From a virus (lineage: Duplodnaviria; Caudoviricetes): 64,000 bases of DNA. Numbering within the stretch: position 1 is the first letter of the stretch; each line of letters starts with the position of its first letter. A program made the translations under genes and the position numbers. Shown here one piece after another: positions 1 to 9,855 of this stretch. The notes beneath the pieces are model-generated. The model searched no databases. It had not been told where the DNA came from and saw nothing but the letters and a program-made list of their open reading frames with translations. Location of the stretch: IMG/VR virus record IMGVR_UViG_3300042465_006702, positions 936-64,935 of that record; one strand, 5' to 3'.

Positions 1-258
1 TTTTTGTACTAACATCTTATCCTTATCAGTATCACTAAACCAATAGTCAATGATTTTACCATAAGAACCAATGAAAGCTCCTAACAATAATAAAAGAAGT
101 TCTTTCCATTCTCCTTCTATTGCCGATTTAGAAAATATTGCGTAAAACATTCCTGCTACAATAAACATAAATCCTCCCAATACCAACGCAGTGATATACC
201 ATCTGCGTTTCATCATATTACTCAATAGGTCCTTAAAACCACTAGGTTGCTCTGCCAT
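1..258 (-). CDS. two-TM membrane protein, holin-like (3' partial, not in ORF track)
   Basis: Hand translation from ATG 258: MAEQPSGFKDLLSNMMKRRWYITALVLGGFMFIVAGMFYAIF...ELLLLLLGAFIGSYGKIIDYWFSDTDKDK; open to the window edge; two hydrophobic helices. Confidence 0.6.
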   Translation of the reverse strand, partial: MAEQPSGFKDLLSNMMKRRWYITALVLGGFMFIVAGMFYAIFSKSAIEGEWKELLLLLLGAFIGSYGKIIDYWFSDTDKDKMLVQK

Positions 259-284
259 TTTATATAAATTTTTATTTTTCTAAA

Positions 285-590
285 TTACCACTCAGCTGGC
301 TTCTCTTTAAACTCATCACCATCTTTTTTCTTAACCGGTGCCGCTGGTTTTTCTACTGTTTTTTCTTTAACGATTACAGTTTTTCCACCACCTGCCGCTT
401 GAGATTGTTGATTGGTGTTTTGAATGTTGATTACAGGAGCTGCTTGTTGAACTGGAGCTGCTTCTTTTTCATCTCCACCTGTTAATTTAGTTGTGAACCA
501 ACCGCCAACACCTAAAGTTATAGTCGATACCAATCCCAAAATAATGTTTTTCAATGAAGTTCCACCTGATTCTTTTTGTTCTTCTGACAT
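285..590 (-). CDS. membrane-anchored hypothetical protein
   Basis: N-terminal TM helix (IILGLVSTITLGVGGWF), then Q/A/P/K-rich low-complexity region; in operon. Confidence 0.6.
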   Translation of the reverse strand: MSEEQKESGGTSLKNIILGLVSTITLGVGGWFTTKLTGGDEKEAAPVQQAAPVINIQNTNQQSQAAGGGKTVIVKEKTVEKPAAPVKKKDGDEFKEKPAEW

Positions 591-602
591 AAATTTTTGT
601 TT

Positions 603-968
603 TTATAGTTTGTTAAAATCTGTGATTCCTAATAAATTTCCGTTTTTATCATATAATCCTATTCTATATGCCGATGCCGGTAAAGCGGTGGTATATACTT
701 TTAAGATGTTATCTCCGGAATTTAAATACATTTCTTCTTTTGATACTACTCTGTTTGCAATATCAATGATTTTTACAGTAACAGTTTGTGAGGTTTCTAC
801 TTTCACATTCATTGCAACTTCTGAAGTCACAAATGGTGATTGCAATTTGATACCTGCAACTTTTTCAATTTTTAAAGAATTGTCAACTTGTGGTGGTAAT
901 GGTGCTATTGGTGTTTTTGTACAACCAACCATTACAATTGTAAATAATACAAATAAAAGTTTTTTCAT
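603..968 (-). CDS. lipoprotein with T9SS C-terminal-domain-like Ig fold
   Basis: Lipobox MVG-C; VKIIDIANRVV...LPASAYRIGLYDKNG resembles the Por secretion tail pattern. Confidence 0.55.
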   Translation of the reverse strand: MKKLLFVLFTIVMVGCTKTPIAPLPPQVDNSLKIEKVAGIKLQSPFVTSEVAMNVKVETSQTVTVKIIDIANRVVSKEEMYLNSGDNILKVYTTALPASAYRIGLYDKNGNLLGITDFNKL

Positions 969-970
969 TG

Positions 971-1315
971 TTACTGGATTTTAATTAAAGTTCTGCCTAT
1001 TTCTTGGTTATTCTCATTAACTATGTATAAATATAAACTTTTTTGTGATAATGATTTAGTATATATTTTTTTTGTGTTATTACCTACAATTCCGTTAATT
1101 TTTTCTTTAGTTACAACCTGTTGGGTGGTTGAATCAAATAATGTAATTATATGAACTCCACCACTTTTTAAAGTAAAATTAAAATCTTGTCCGTTTGTAA
1201 GAGTTACTTCATTTACTGAAAAAATATCAATAGGTGTTGGTTCTGGTTGTGGTATAACTTCTACCTTTTTACAAGCTACCAACGATAAAAATAATATAAA
1301 TAATATCTTCTTCAT
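971..1315 (-). CDS. lipoprotein, probable paralog of 603..968
   Basis: Lipobox LVA-C; ITLFDSTTQQVVTKEKINGIVGNN parallels VKIIDIANRVVSKEEMYLNSGDN. Confidence 0.55.
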   Translation of the reverse strand: MKKILFILFLSLVACKKVEVIPQPEPTPIDIFSVNEVTLTNGQDFNFTLKSGGVHIITLFDSTTQQVVTKEKINGIVGNNTKKIYTKSLSQKSLYLYIVNENNQEIGRTLIKIQ

Positions 1316-3603
1316 TATTGCATTCTAATTTTTAATGTTGTTCCTGCTTTATTTACCGCATCCATAAATCCAATTGAAATCAATCCTAACACATTATTCA
1401 ATTTTGATTTTGTTGTGAATGATACTTTATATTCCGTAGTATTATCCAAAGTTCCACCATCCGTAATTAAAGAACCCAAATTTATATATGTTGATTTATC
1501 AGTTCCATAGTTGGTTGGTGAGCCTTTTGTTTTATAAAATACATTTCCAAATTTCAATAAAGTATTATCGTAATTTATTTGAAATTGTGTTCCTACTAAT
1601 TCTTGTTGTAATGGGTCTATTGTGATATATGCATAAACACTATCACCAACCATTTCGGTTATAATTGATGCGTTTATTTGATTTGATGTAGGAATACTCA
1701 TTGTTCTAATACTCATACCTGTAATTGAATTAGGTGTGGTATTAACTACAGGTATTGCCGAATGGGAAAGATTTACATCACCTTTCCAACTTACACTAAC
1801 ATTATATGTGTTATTAAGTGTTCCACTATTCAAATTAAATGGATACAAACTTCTTGTTGAATTGAATTGTGTATTCCAATTTGATTTTGTAATTCCATCA
1901 TATTCCGATTTACCATATAACTTCATCAAATATGTTAATGTTTGATATTCGTTTATTGATTGTATACCTGTTAAATGTTGTAATAATTTGTAAGTATCTG
2001 CTTCATTAAATACACCATTACCATCTACATCAGCATTCATAAATTGTATACCATATCCAAATTCATTACCTGTTTCGTTTCCAAATATCCCACCATTAGC
2101 CAATTCCTTAAATGCTAAATACACATCGGATACGGTCACAATACTATTGTATAAAGTGTTTAGTTCCGTTTGATTGGTATATGATAAGTCGATTCCATGT
2201 TGTTTAAACACCATATTTGGTGTAAATGTAAACTCCGCACTTAATCCCCAAAAAAATCCAGCTCGTCTTATATTAGATGAAAACGATGAACCTGCGAAAT
2301 TAAATTCCGTTGGTGTATAAATCCAATATGCAGCCCATGTTCCATCATCCCATTGATACGTCACAGGTCCATTCCACAAATCAAATAATTGTAAAGTTGT
2401 AACACCACTTGCTGAAATGCCTTGTGGAAATTCTCTTTTATCTATTAAAATTTGGTATCTTTGATTTGATGGTTCATAATCATATACTACACACCATTCT
2501 ACTTGTCCGCCCGTTGTTGTTGCTCTAACACCATTACCACTTACTTTTAGAGTATCTAAATCATTTGTTAAATCCGTTTTACCCAATCCACTTAATGCTC
2601 TGGATGTATTAGTTGTTACTCCCCATACATTATTTACATAAGTGTTTGCTTTGGCTGTAAATTTAGTTTCATCTACATTACTTCCAAAATCAATATTAAA
2701 TCTTGCACTTAATACCTCTCCGTTTGTATGTGTTACTGAATTGGTATAAAACTCTGTGAATGTTGCGTTATCAGGATTAGTCCAAGTTCCATATTCAATT
2801 ACATAAGGACAACTAAACCCATTTGGTAAATCATTCCATTGAGAACCATTCCATTTTGTTACGGCATAATCTTCGTTACCACTATTGTTTGGTTCACCGG
2901 GTGCCCAGTTATTATACTGTCCAACTATGTTTCCGGCAAATTGTCCGTTTGATGTTTTGATTAATGTTCCTGCTTCAGGTCCTGCATCAATTCTCCATTG
3001 ACCCTCAACCGCTTCATCGGTTAATGCAAACCAAATGTTTGTTTGTGGAACATTATTAAATACAAAAGCATCTTCATCTGGCGATGTTATTGTTACTAAA
3101 TATCCCTGCTGTCCTTTGAATGTTGTATTTAATGCTGCTGCTCTTGCACCCGTATAGCTTGTTCCTGTTGATATTGGTCTATAAAAGTGTCCGTTTGTTC
3201 CATTATAAAAGAACCCCGTTGGATTCACAGTTGCGGCAACCGATAACACAATATTACCCCTTACCGAACCCGTATTTACTTTTAAGGATTGTAATGCCGT
3301 ATTGATATTAGCCATTGTTCCCGTTACCACTAAACGAGTCTTATTACCCGCTAATGTAAATCCACTTGCTGCGGTTAGACCTGTTGTTGTAGTTAGGTTA
3401 AATGTTGTACCTGTTGGTGGATTAACTAAACTGATTGATGCTAATAAAGTTGATGTAGAAGTAAATCCACTTAATACAAATCCACTTGCATCTTGCCCGT
3501 TTGTGGATAGTAAAAACGATTTAGAGTCCGGAGCAGATACACTCTGTCCGAACCCTAAAAATGATGTTAATAAAAATAATAATGTAACTAATAAGTTTTT
3601 CAT
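1315..3603 (-). CDS. secreted adhesin-like protein with C-type lectin, dockerin-like and cohesin-like domains
   Basis: Bacteroidota-type signal peptide (..GFG-Q); CTL motif NWAPGEPNN..EDY..W..WNDL; ADVDGNGVFNEADTYKLL Ca loop; C-terminal GTQFQINYDNTLLKF. Confidence 0.7.
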   Translation of the reverse strand: MKNLLVTLLFLLTSFLGFGQSVSAPDSKSFLLSTNGQDASGFVLSGFTSTSTLLASISLVNPPTGTTFNLTTTTGLTAASGFTLAGNKTRLVVTGTMANINTALQSLKVNTGSVRGNIVLSVAATVNPTGFFYNGTNGHFYRPISTGTSYTGARAAALNTTFKGQQGYLVTITSPDEDAFVFNNVPQTNIWFALTDEAVEGQWRIDAGPEAGTLIKTSNGQFAGNIVGQYNNWAPGEPNNSGNEDYAVTKWNGSQWNDLPNGFSCPYVIEYGTWTNPDNATFTEFYTNSVTHTNGEVLSARFNIDFGSNVDETKFTAKANTYVNNVWGVTTNTSRALSGLGKTDLTNDLDTLKVSGNGVRATTTGGQVEWCVVYDYEPSNQRYQILIDKREFPQGISASGVTTLQLFDLWNGPVTYQWDDGTWAAYWIYTPTEFNFAGSSFSSNIRRAGFFWGLSAEFTFTPNMVFKQHGIDLSYTNQTELNTLYNSIVTVSDVYLAFKELANGGIFGNETGNEFGYGIQFMNADVDGNGVFNEADTYKLLQHLTGIQSINEYQTLTYLMKLYGKSEYDGITKSNWNTQFNSTRSLYPFNLNSGTLNNTYNVSVSWKGDVNLSHSAIPVVNTTPNSITGMSIRTMSIPTSNQINASIITEMVGDSVYAYITIDPLQQELVGTQFQINYDNTLLKFGNVFYKTKGSPTNYGTDKSTYINLGSLITDGGTLDNTTEYKVSFTTKSKLNNVLGLISIGFMDAVNKAGTTLKIRMQ

Positions 3604-3604
3604 A

Positions 3605-5272
3605 TTATTCTATCGTTAATTCAACTTTTTTACCTGCACCATCCACCGCATCTGCTAATACAAAGAAGAATAATCCTGCGGTATTTGTTAATGGTGTTTT
3701 AGGTGTGAATATCAACTTATAGGGAGTACCTGTTTTAATTCTTGCAGTTTTCAATTGGTCAATAGAACCAAATGTCAATCTACCATTATCATGTGTAGAG
3801 AAATTGGTGATTGTAGAACCTGCATCAAATATTACATTTTCTAAAGTTAATTTTGTAGAATCGTAGTTCATTACAATTTGTAAACCTGCTAATCCTTCTT
3901 TTGTTAAACTACCTGTCAATACAACTTTACCATTTTCCAATTTAGAAACAACTGATAATTTTGCACTTTCTGCGGTTTTATTTTCGTAAACATTGGTAGA
4001 ATACGAAGTCATTGCCATTGTTTTAATTGTAGCTACATCTGATGAACCAGGATTAACTGCGTTTGTGAAAATACCACTTGCTATTCTTGCAGCTACCGTA
4101 TCAGGATGTGATGAGTGTGACCAATCCAAATCGCCACCCCACGCAAATACCGCATCAACAGTCTGGGCAGGTTGAGTAACATATACTCTATACTTTGCTG
4201 TACCATCTAACCAACTCTGATTTAATAAACCACTATGCCATCTCCACGAAGTTGCGGATTGTGTTGGAATAAATGCGTTTGCTGATACATCCTGTCCCAT
4301 TACATATGCGAATGAATAATATGCATCTGCTTCTGTAAATACTGCATCATTTCTAGTAATATTACCAATTTTCTTTTCAAAAACAGGTCTTGTAAAATAT
4401 GTTGGTGTTCCACTTATATCCGTTTGAGATACACCTAAAAATGCTTTGTATGCATCAGAAACTGTAATCACATTGTTCATCCAAGACTTTGATGATGCTG
4501 GTGATACAAAAACACCCAATGAATCACCAACTCTGATACCTGTTGTAAATAATGCTTCACCACTTGCATCAATTGCTCTTTGTGCAATCGGTTGTTGTGA
4601 CCAATCAATATCACCAGTACCATCGTTTTTCAATCTCATTAATTGAACATTATGGTCACCAATGTTATATCCGGATGGGAAAAGAACTCTTACCTTAAAA
4701 TAAGAAGTATTACCCGTTACACCGGTTATAGTTGTTGGTCCTGCCGTTGTTTTTACATATGGAATATTGTTACCCGTAGCACTATCTGTTGCGTATGAAA
4801 GGTCTAATTTAAAAATACCATTATAAGCATTTTGGTCTTTAAGAATGTACTTTTGAGTTGCTATTGTACCATTAACCGATTGGTCTGCTCTTTGAATTGC
4901 CAATTGTCCAACATTCCAATCTGCATTTGCTGCATATCCCCAAGGTGTAGCCTGGTATTGTGCATATAATGATGTATCTGCTATATTTGCTGCAGGAGTA
5001 AACTTATAACTATTCCAACCTGTATAGTATGTTTGTGATTGGTTTCCTTGTGAGAAAGCAGTAGAAACATAGGTCAATGCCTTATTGTTAAATTGGTATC
5101 TTAACCAAAAATAACGAGGTTTAGTCGTTCCTTTATCAACATTATAAGTTACTGTCAAAGTATCTCCAACTCGGTATGGACCTGCAGAGATTGATTGATT
5201 AACTACGATTTGTCCAAAAGACGAAAGGGATACCATCAATAATACCCCTAAAATACTTAATAATTTTTTCAT
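3605..5272 (-). CDS. secreted protein with cohesin-like and dockerin-like domains
   Basis: Signal peptide (SFG-Q), start moved to the second Met; ITVSDAYKAF/FTEADAY/GDLDWSHS and GLQIVMNYDSTKL shared with 1315..3603. Confidence 0.65.
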   Translation of the reverse strand: MKKLLSILGVLLMVSLSSFGQIVVNQSISAGPYRVGDTLTVTYNVDKGTTKPRYFWLRYQFNNKALTYVSTAFSQGNQSQTYYTGWNSYKFTPAANIADTSLYAQYQATPWGYAANADWNVGQLAIQRADQSVNGTIATQKYILKDQNAYNGIFKLDLSYATDSATGNNIPYVKTTAGPTTITGVTGNTSYFKVRVLFPSGYNIGDHNVQLMRLKNDGTGDIDWSQQPIAQRAIDASGEALFTTGIRVGDSLGVFVSPASSKSWMNNVITVSDAYKAFLGVSQTDISGTPTYFTRPVFEKKIGNITRNDAVFTEADAYYSFAYVMGQDVSANAFIPTQSATSWRWHSGLLNQSWLDGTAKYRVYVTQPAQTVDAVFAWGGDLDWSHSSHPDTVAARIASGIFTNAVNPGSSDVATIKTMAMTSYSTNVYENKTAESAKLSVVSKLENGKVVLTGSLTKEGLAGLQIVMNYDSTKLTLENVIFDAGSTITNFSTHDNGRLTFGSIDQLKTARIKTGTPYKLIFTPKTPLTNTAGLFFFVLADAVDGAGKKVELTIE

Positions 5273-5273
5273 A

Positions 5274-5927
5274 TTATTTTTTTTCAAAAAGTTTTGTTAT
5301 TAGTTTATCTGCTGCTTTTTTAAGTGCGTTTGATAACGAAGTTTGATTGAATTTACCACCCTGGTCTACAATAAGTGTTGACATAGAAATTTCGGATGAT
5401 GATTCTTCAACCATTACCTCTTTTTCTTTTTTACCATCTTTATAAAGGATACCCTTCATTCTGATAACAACTTCTTCTTCCCCTTTATGAAATACTGAAA
5501 TATTTGTCTTTGTAGTTAAGACATCTAAATATACAATTTCTACTTTAAGTTTTTGTGTAGCATCAGGAGATAAATCGTAATTTTTATCCTGTAGGTATTC
5601 TTCTAATACATTCTTAACACCAAATTCTAAATTACGGTTTCCTGCTAATTTACCAATCTTTACTTTGTTTTCTACACTCTCAACCCAAATATGGTCTGAT
5701 TCTTCATACCAAATGTTTTCTGGGTTATTTTTAAATGTACCATCAATTCTCCAACTGATTTCATTTGCGATTTCAGTTGCAAGATTTTCGTTTCCACTAA
5801 ATTGAAGGATTACAAAAAAGACTTGGAATAGGAATGCAAGTCCAATTAATGCTAAAAACGGAGCTAATATAAAATATATAGCTCTTTCCTTAAGGCCTAA
5901 TGCCAGTGCTGTTACTTTTTGTTTCAT
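5274..5927 (-). CDS. membrane-anchored hypothetical protein (possibly CsgG/TolB-N-like alpha/beta fold)
   Basis: N-terminal TM; VENKVKIG..NLEFGVKNVLEEYL...SLSNALKKAADKLI pattern; first gene of the secreted operon. Confidence 0.45.
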   Translation of the reverse strand: MKQKVTALALGLKERAIYFILAPFLALIGLAFLFQVFFVILQFSGNENLATEIANEISWRIDGTFKNNPENIWYEESDHIWVESVENKVKIGKLAGNRNLEFGVKNVLEEYLQDKNYDLSPDATQKLKVEIVYLDVLTTKTNISVFHKGEEEVVIRMKGILYKDGKKEKEVMVEESSSEISMSTLIVDQGGKFNQTSLSNALKKAADKLITKLFEKK

Positions 5928-5944
5928 AGTCGGTTATTCTCCCT

Positions 5945-5952
5945 TATAAATA
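5945..5952 (-). promoter_or_regulatory. TATTTATA motif (candidate late promoter)
   Basis: About 18 nt upstream of 5927; same motif at 9093, 12035, 20207 and 24753. Confidence 0.35.
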
Positions 5953-5982
5953 TAAGATTATAACCAAAACGTTCTATGAAAT

Positions 5983-6159
5983 TTATCTTTCTTTATTTGA
6001 AAATGTGTGATGTATCGGTGTCCACAAACAATAAATCCCAACTGCCTCCAAAAAGTTTAATTTAAAAGGTAAATTTAAAATTTGTGTTAAGTATGATACC
6101 GCTAAACCAATGATACATGTAACCAATAAAATGTTTCCTAATATTTTTATTTTTTCCAT
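5983..6159 (-). CDS. 58-aa membrane protein (below ORF-track cutoff)
   Basis: Hand translation MEKIKILGNILLVTCIIGLAVSYLTQILNLPFKLNFLEAVGIYCLWTPIHHTFSNKER; fills the gap and follows a promoter. Confidence 0.6.
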   Translation of the reverse strand: MEKIKILGNILLVTCIIGLAVSYLTQILNLPFKLNFLEAVGIYCLWTPIHHTFSNKER

Positions 6160-6163
6160 AAAT

Positions 6164-6194
6164 GTAATATAAGAAAAATTATTTACTTTTCAAA
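6164..6194 (-). promoter_or_regulatory. Bacteroidota sigma70-type promoter
   Basis: TTTG-N19-TATATTAC. Confidence 0.55.
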
Positions 6195-6754
6195 ATTTTA
6201 ATTATTTTATCGTATATCAGTTTATTTCCTTTTTGATTTAAGTGATTTACATTTCCTTTATATTTTATAAAAACATTTTCAAACTTATAAACACATTCAT
6301 TATAAAAAGAATCAAAAAACGTTATATGTGTTGCGTTTGGAACTAAAAATTTAATTTCTTTAAATATTAATTCATTTATGAAACAAAAATATTCAGGATG
6401 AAAAATACTTTCATAAAAATCAACTGCCGTTTTCATTATTGGATTTCCAGTATGTTCGTTTGCATCCGAATATATTATATCACAATTATAATGTAATAAA
6501 TCATCTTTATGAATTGGGTGTTCAATTATTGGTATTCTATAAGCGGATGTGTGAGATACAATTATGTGTTCAAATTTTGTAATATCTATATTTTCTAATT
6601 GCTTATAAATTTTATATTCACTAACACCCGCTTGTGCTACATTTGTAACATCATAATCGGATTCTAACATATTAACCCAACCACTTCCCTCATTATATTT
6701 TTTAGTCCAATCTGCTGCAAAACTATCTCCAGCTATTAGTAGTTTCTTTTTCAT
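6179..6754 (-). CDS. SGNH/GDSL-fold esterase/acyltransferase-like protein
   Basis: IAGDSF, NVAQAGVS, C-terminal VNHLNQKGN. Confidence 0.7.
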   Translation of the reverse strand: MKKKLLIAGDSFAADWTKKYNEGSGWVNMLESDYDVTNVAQAGVSEYKIYKQLENIDITKFEHIIVSHTSAYRIPIIEHPIHKDDLLHYNCDIIYSDANEHTGNPIMKTAVDFYESIFHPEYFCFINELIFKEIKFLVPNATHITFFDSFYNECVYKFENVFIKYKGNVNHLNQKGNKLIYDKIIKILKSK

Positions 6755-7499
6755 TTATATGATTTATAACCATTTCTGCAATTAATTTATTACCTTTTAA
6801 CCCAGCATGTATGTCTTGATATATAATTTTTTTCATAGGGTGTTCATCACAAACTCTTAATTTATTTTCTACTACCCAATTATGGACTATATAATTATTT
6901 TCGTTTTCTTTAGTTGGAAACTTTACAATATATTTTTTAATCCACTCATATTTTTTATCAAAATCATATTCACCATGCCAAAAAAGAATACATATTTTTT
7001 TATCAGTTAAGGTATTTATCTTCTTTTTTAATAAAGCCAAAACTTCATTTATAAATTCTTCGGGATTATAATTTTCTAACCAATCCAATATTCTTTTTCT
7101 CAATTCTGGTCTATCATTTTTATCATTCGTTAAAAATGCTTCAATTTCATGTGGAGTTTTTGGATATTCATCATTATGAAAATATCTGTCAAAATAGTTG
7201 TATATTGCTGAAAATTCAAAAAATATATAATCAATATCCGATAAATCAGTATTTTCTAATCTATATAAAGATTCTGCAGGCGAACCACCTGCTTCTGCGA
7301 CATTTATTTCTTTTCTGTTTAAGTAATCGGATATCAATTTTGTCCATCTAACCGATTCAATAAAGTTGTCATCTTCACCCGTTTGATTATATGGCCATTT
7401 TAAAGTTTTTGCACCATCTTCCGTTAAATACTCATCTTTAAATGTGTGCAGTCCTACACCAAATGTATTAGATGAACCTAAAAACAAAACCGATTTCAT
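6723..7499 (-). CDS. SGNH/GDSL-fold protein
   Basis: FLGSSNTFG, NVAEAGGS, DIHAGLKGNKLIA. Confidence 0.7.
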   Translation of the reverse strand: MKSVLFLGSSNTFGVGLHTFKDEYLTEDGAKTLKWPYNQTGEDDNFIESVRWTKLISDYLNRKEINVAEAGGSPAESLYRLENTDLSDIDYIFFEFSAIYNYFDRYFHNDEYPKTPHEIEAFLTNDKNDRPELRKRILDWLENYNPEEFINEVLALLKKKINTLTDKKICILFWHGEYDFDKKYEWIKKYIVKFPTKENENNYIVHNWVVENKLRVCDEHPMKKIIYQDIHAGLKGNKLIAEMVINHINEKETTNSWR

Positions 7500-8221
7500 A
7501 GTAACCCGTTATCATTAATATGTTTTTGTATCATACTAGCCAAATGCTTCATTCCTTTTTCATTTAAGTGCATCGCATTATCTCTTATATTTGATGCGGT
7601 ATTTACATATGTCCAATGTTTTTGATAATCATTTCCAAAAGTTTCATAGTGTATTTGTGAAAAATAATTAATGACACTAAAACACATTTTATCTACAATA
7701 TCACCTTCGCCAAAATAATTTTTAGGGTCTATATGTTTTAACCAATTTTTTCTCATTTGAACCGTTTGTTTTAATTGGTCTCCCATTGACACGAAAAGAT
7801 GTGGTATGTTTTTTGATTTTAATAATTTATGTAAAATTATTGTGTTCATTATTTGCGTATCAGTACCTTGTGGTTCTAAAAAACATCCTCGGTTATTTAT
7901 GATTTGCTGATAATAATGCGACGTAGTTAATATATCCGATTCAGATTCTGCTATAAGATTATCTGAATATTCTTTGTTTTCCTCAAAAACATCAGCTACT
8001 GTATCGTTTCTCCAAGGTTGCGACCAACCAATTAAAACAAAATCAAAGTCGTTATTTAGTATAGAAAATAATGCTTTTCTGAAAATGTTTGGGTTTGATG
8101 AACCTCCCATACAATTGTTTATATTTGTCCAATTTTTAAAGGTATCGGACAAACAAGTATCAACGGTAACATCTGGACTTTGTAAAAATGAACATCCACC
8201 TTGATATAACCTTTTACTCAT
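7496..8221 (-). CDS. SGNH/GDSL-fold protein
   Basis: GGCSF, GGSSNPNI, IGWS, AMHLNEKG. Confidence 0.7.
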   Translation of the reverse strand: MSKRLYQGGCSFLQSPDVTVDTCLSDTFKNWTNINNCMGGSSNPNIFRKALFSILNNDFDFVLIGWSQPWRNDTVADVFEENKEYSDNLIAESESDILTTSHYYQQIINNRGCFLEPQGTDTQIMNTIILHKLLKSKNIPHLFVSMGDQLKQTVQMRKNWLKHIDPKNYFGEGDIVDKMCFSVINYFSQIHYETFGNDYQKHWTYVNTASNIRDNAMHLNEKGMKHLASMIQKHINDNGLL

Positions 8222-8224
8222 AAG

Positions 8225-9055
8225 TTATGCTAATAGGTGGTAATACTCTTTGAAATGTTTTATTCTATCAGGTAATCCGATAGTTCCACCATTTACTCTT
8301 TTAGTAATAGATGTTACAGTTGCATCCGTTGCACCACCATCTGCTAATTTATTCAATCCGTTTTTAGACCAGAACCAAGCTGCTGATAATAAAGCGTATT
8401 GAGATGATACCTTATCAGGGTTTGATGCAATATCTTCACCAATTGCTTTACCAAATTGAGTGTAGTTATCTCTACCGGTCAATTGGATATATCCTCTACC
8501 TCTAAATTTGTAGCCATCTCCACTTGCTTCCGAACCATTAGCCATACGATTTGCATATACTCTGTTTGCAATCTTTTCAGGCTTTCTTTCATATGCTGCT
8601 GCAGTTCCTGCATCTGGAAAATACTTTTTGAAAATACCCATTAAACCTTTTGCTGAATAGTTTAAGTTCTCTTGTGTTACTCTGAATCCGCCACTCTCAT
8701 GTCCACATTGTGCTAAAAAGTGTGCTAATCTCAATGGAGTATTGATTTGGAATTTAGCTGCCGTATCAGGAATCATTGCGATTACTGCATCTGGAATATG
8801 TCCTTTTAATTTATCCAATTTCAATCCACCTACTGGTGCTATTGGAGCCGGCGGTGGAGGCGCTGGGGTATTCTCTCCCATTATTTTTGCCCATGTTCCA
8901 TCACCTACGATGCCATCAGGTGTTAATCCGTTTTTAACTTGAAAACTTTTAACTGCTTCTTCCGTTTTTGGTCCGAAATTTCCGATAGGTTCTAAACCTA
9001 ATTTGATTTGTAATTGTTTAACACTCTCGTTGTTATCTCCTCTTTTGAGTAGCAT
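8225..9055 (-). CDS. endolysin: peptidoglycan-binding domain plus GH19 lysozyme
   Basis: LKRGD..VKQLQ..FGPKTEEAVKSFQ..DGIVG; AHFLAQCGHES, FRGRGYIQLTG, TKRVNGGTIGL. Confidence 0.92.
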   Translation of the reverse strand: MLLKRGDNNESVKQLQIKLGLEPIGNFGPKTEEAVKSFQVKNGLTPDGIVGDGTWAKIMGENTPAPPPPAPIAPVGGLKLDKLKGHIPDAVIAMIPDTAAKFQINTPLRLAHFLAQCGHESGGFRVTQENLNYSAKGLMGIFKKYFPDAGTAAAYERKPEKIANRVYANRMANGSEASGDGYKFRGRGYIQLTGRDNYTQFGKAIGEDIASNPDKVSSQYALLSAAWFWSKNGLNKLADGGATDATVTSITKRVNGGTIGLPDRIKHFKEYYHLLA

Positions 9056-9066
9056 AGTTATATAAT

Positions 9067-9855
9067 TTATTTGTTATCAATTATTATTTTACTATAAATA
9101 CTATTTGAAATTATTTTATGTCCATCTAACGTCATATGATTATCGTTTTTATTCAAATTTTTATCTCTAAAATAATTTTCTATAACTAAAATTGGATATT
9201 TTGCACACAGTTCATCGGTTGAATTGAATGATTCATTATTATATGTAAGTGGAATATGATATTTAAATAAATCGTGTCTTTGCAATGCATCCGATGAATC
9301 CTTTGGATAGCATATTACATATGGGGTCACCCCCTTTTTTTTTAATCTTTCAAAAAATTCTAAACATTTATCATAAAAATATTGATAAGATTGCATTACT
9401 ATATCTTTATCTTTAATTTTAAGAATATCAAAATCCGCCATTAAAGTTGCTACATCTTGCAAAGCAATATACTCACCATCTGGAAATTTATACATGATAG
9501 GGTCCCTAACAAATTGAGTTATTTGTAATATGCAAATTTTATAATTTTTAACATTTTCTTCATTTTCGTAGAAATACTTAACTTTTAAAAGAGATTGTAA
9601 ATTCGTTCCACCGTTTTTAGATTGTGTTATATATTCTACTCCAAGTTTTTTTGCTAATTGTGCTACCCAACGATTTTCTTTTATAAAATTTAATTGAGCA
9701 TTATCTAATGTTTTTTCTGCATCTGGAAAAGATGGTCTAATTTCTTTCCATACAACAGAATCTAATCCAGAAAAAAATTGTAAAGATTCTCCCCATGTAA
9801 AAGAACACCCCACCGCAAATATATTATTTCCTTCTATCTGCATATTGTTTTCCAA
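9067..9855 (-). CDS. SGNH/GDSL-fold protein
   Basis: AVGCSFTWG, NGGTN, DNHMTLDGHKII. Confidence 0.7.
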   Translation of the reverse strand: MENNMQIEGNNIFAVGCSFTWGESLQFFSGLDSVVWKEIRPSFPDAEKTLDNAQLNFIKENRWVAQLAKKLGVEYITQSKNGGTNLQSLLKVKYFYENEENVKNYKICILQITQFVRDPIMYKFPDGEYIALQDVATLMADFDILKIKDKDIVMQSYQYFYDKCLEFFERLKKKGVTPYVICYPKDSSDALQRHDLFKYHIPLTYNNESFNSTDELCAKYPILVIENYFRDKNLNKNDNHMTLDGHKIISNSIYSKIIIDNK

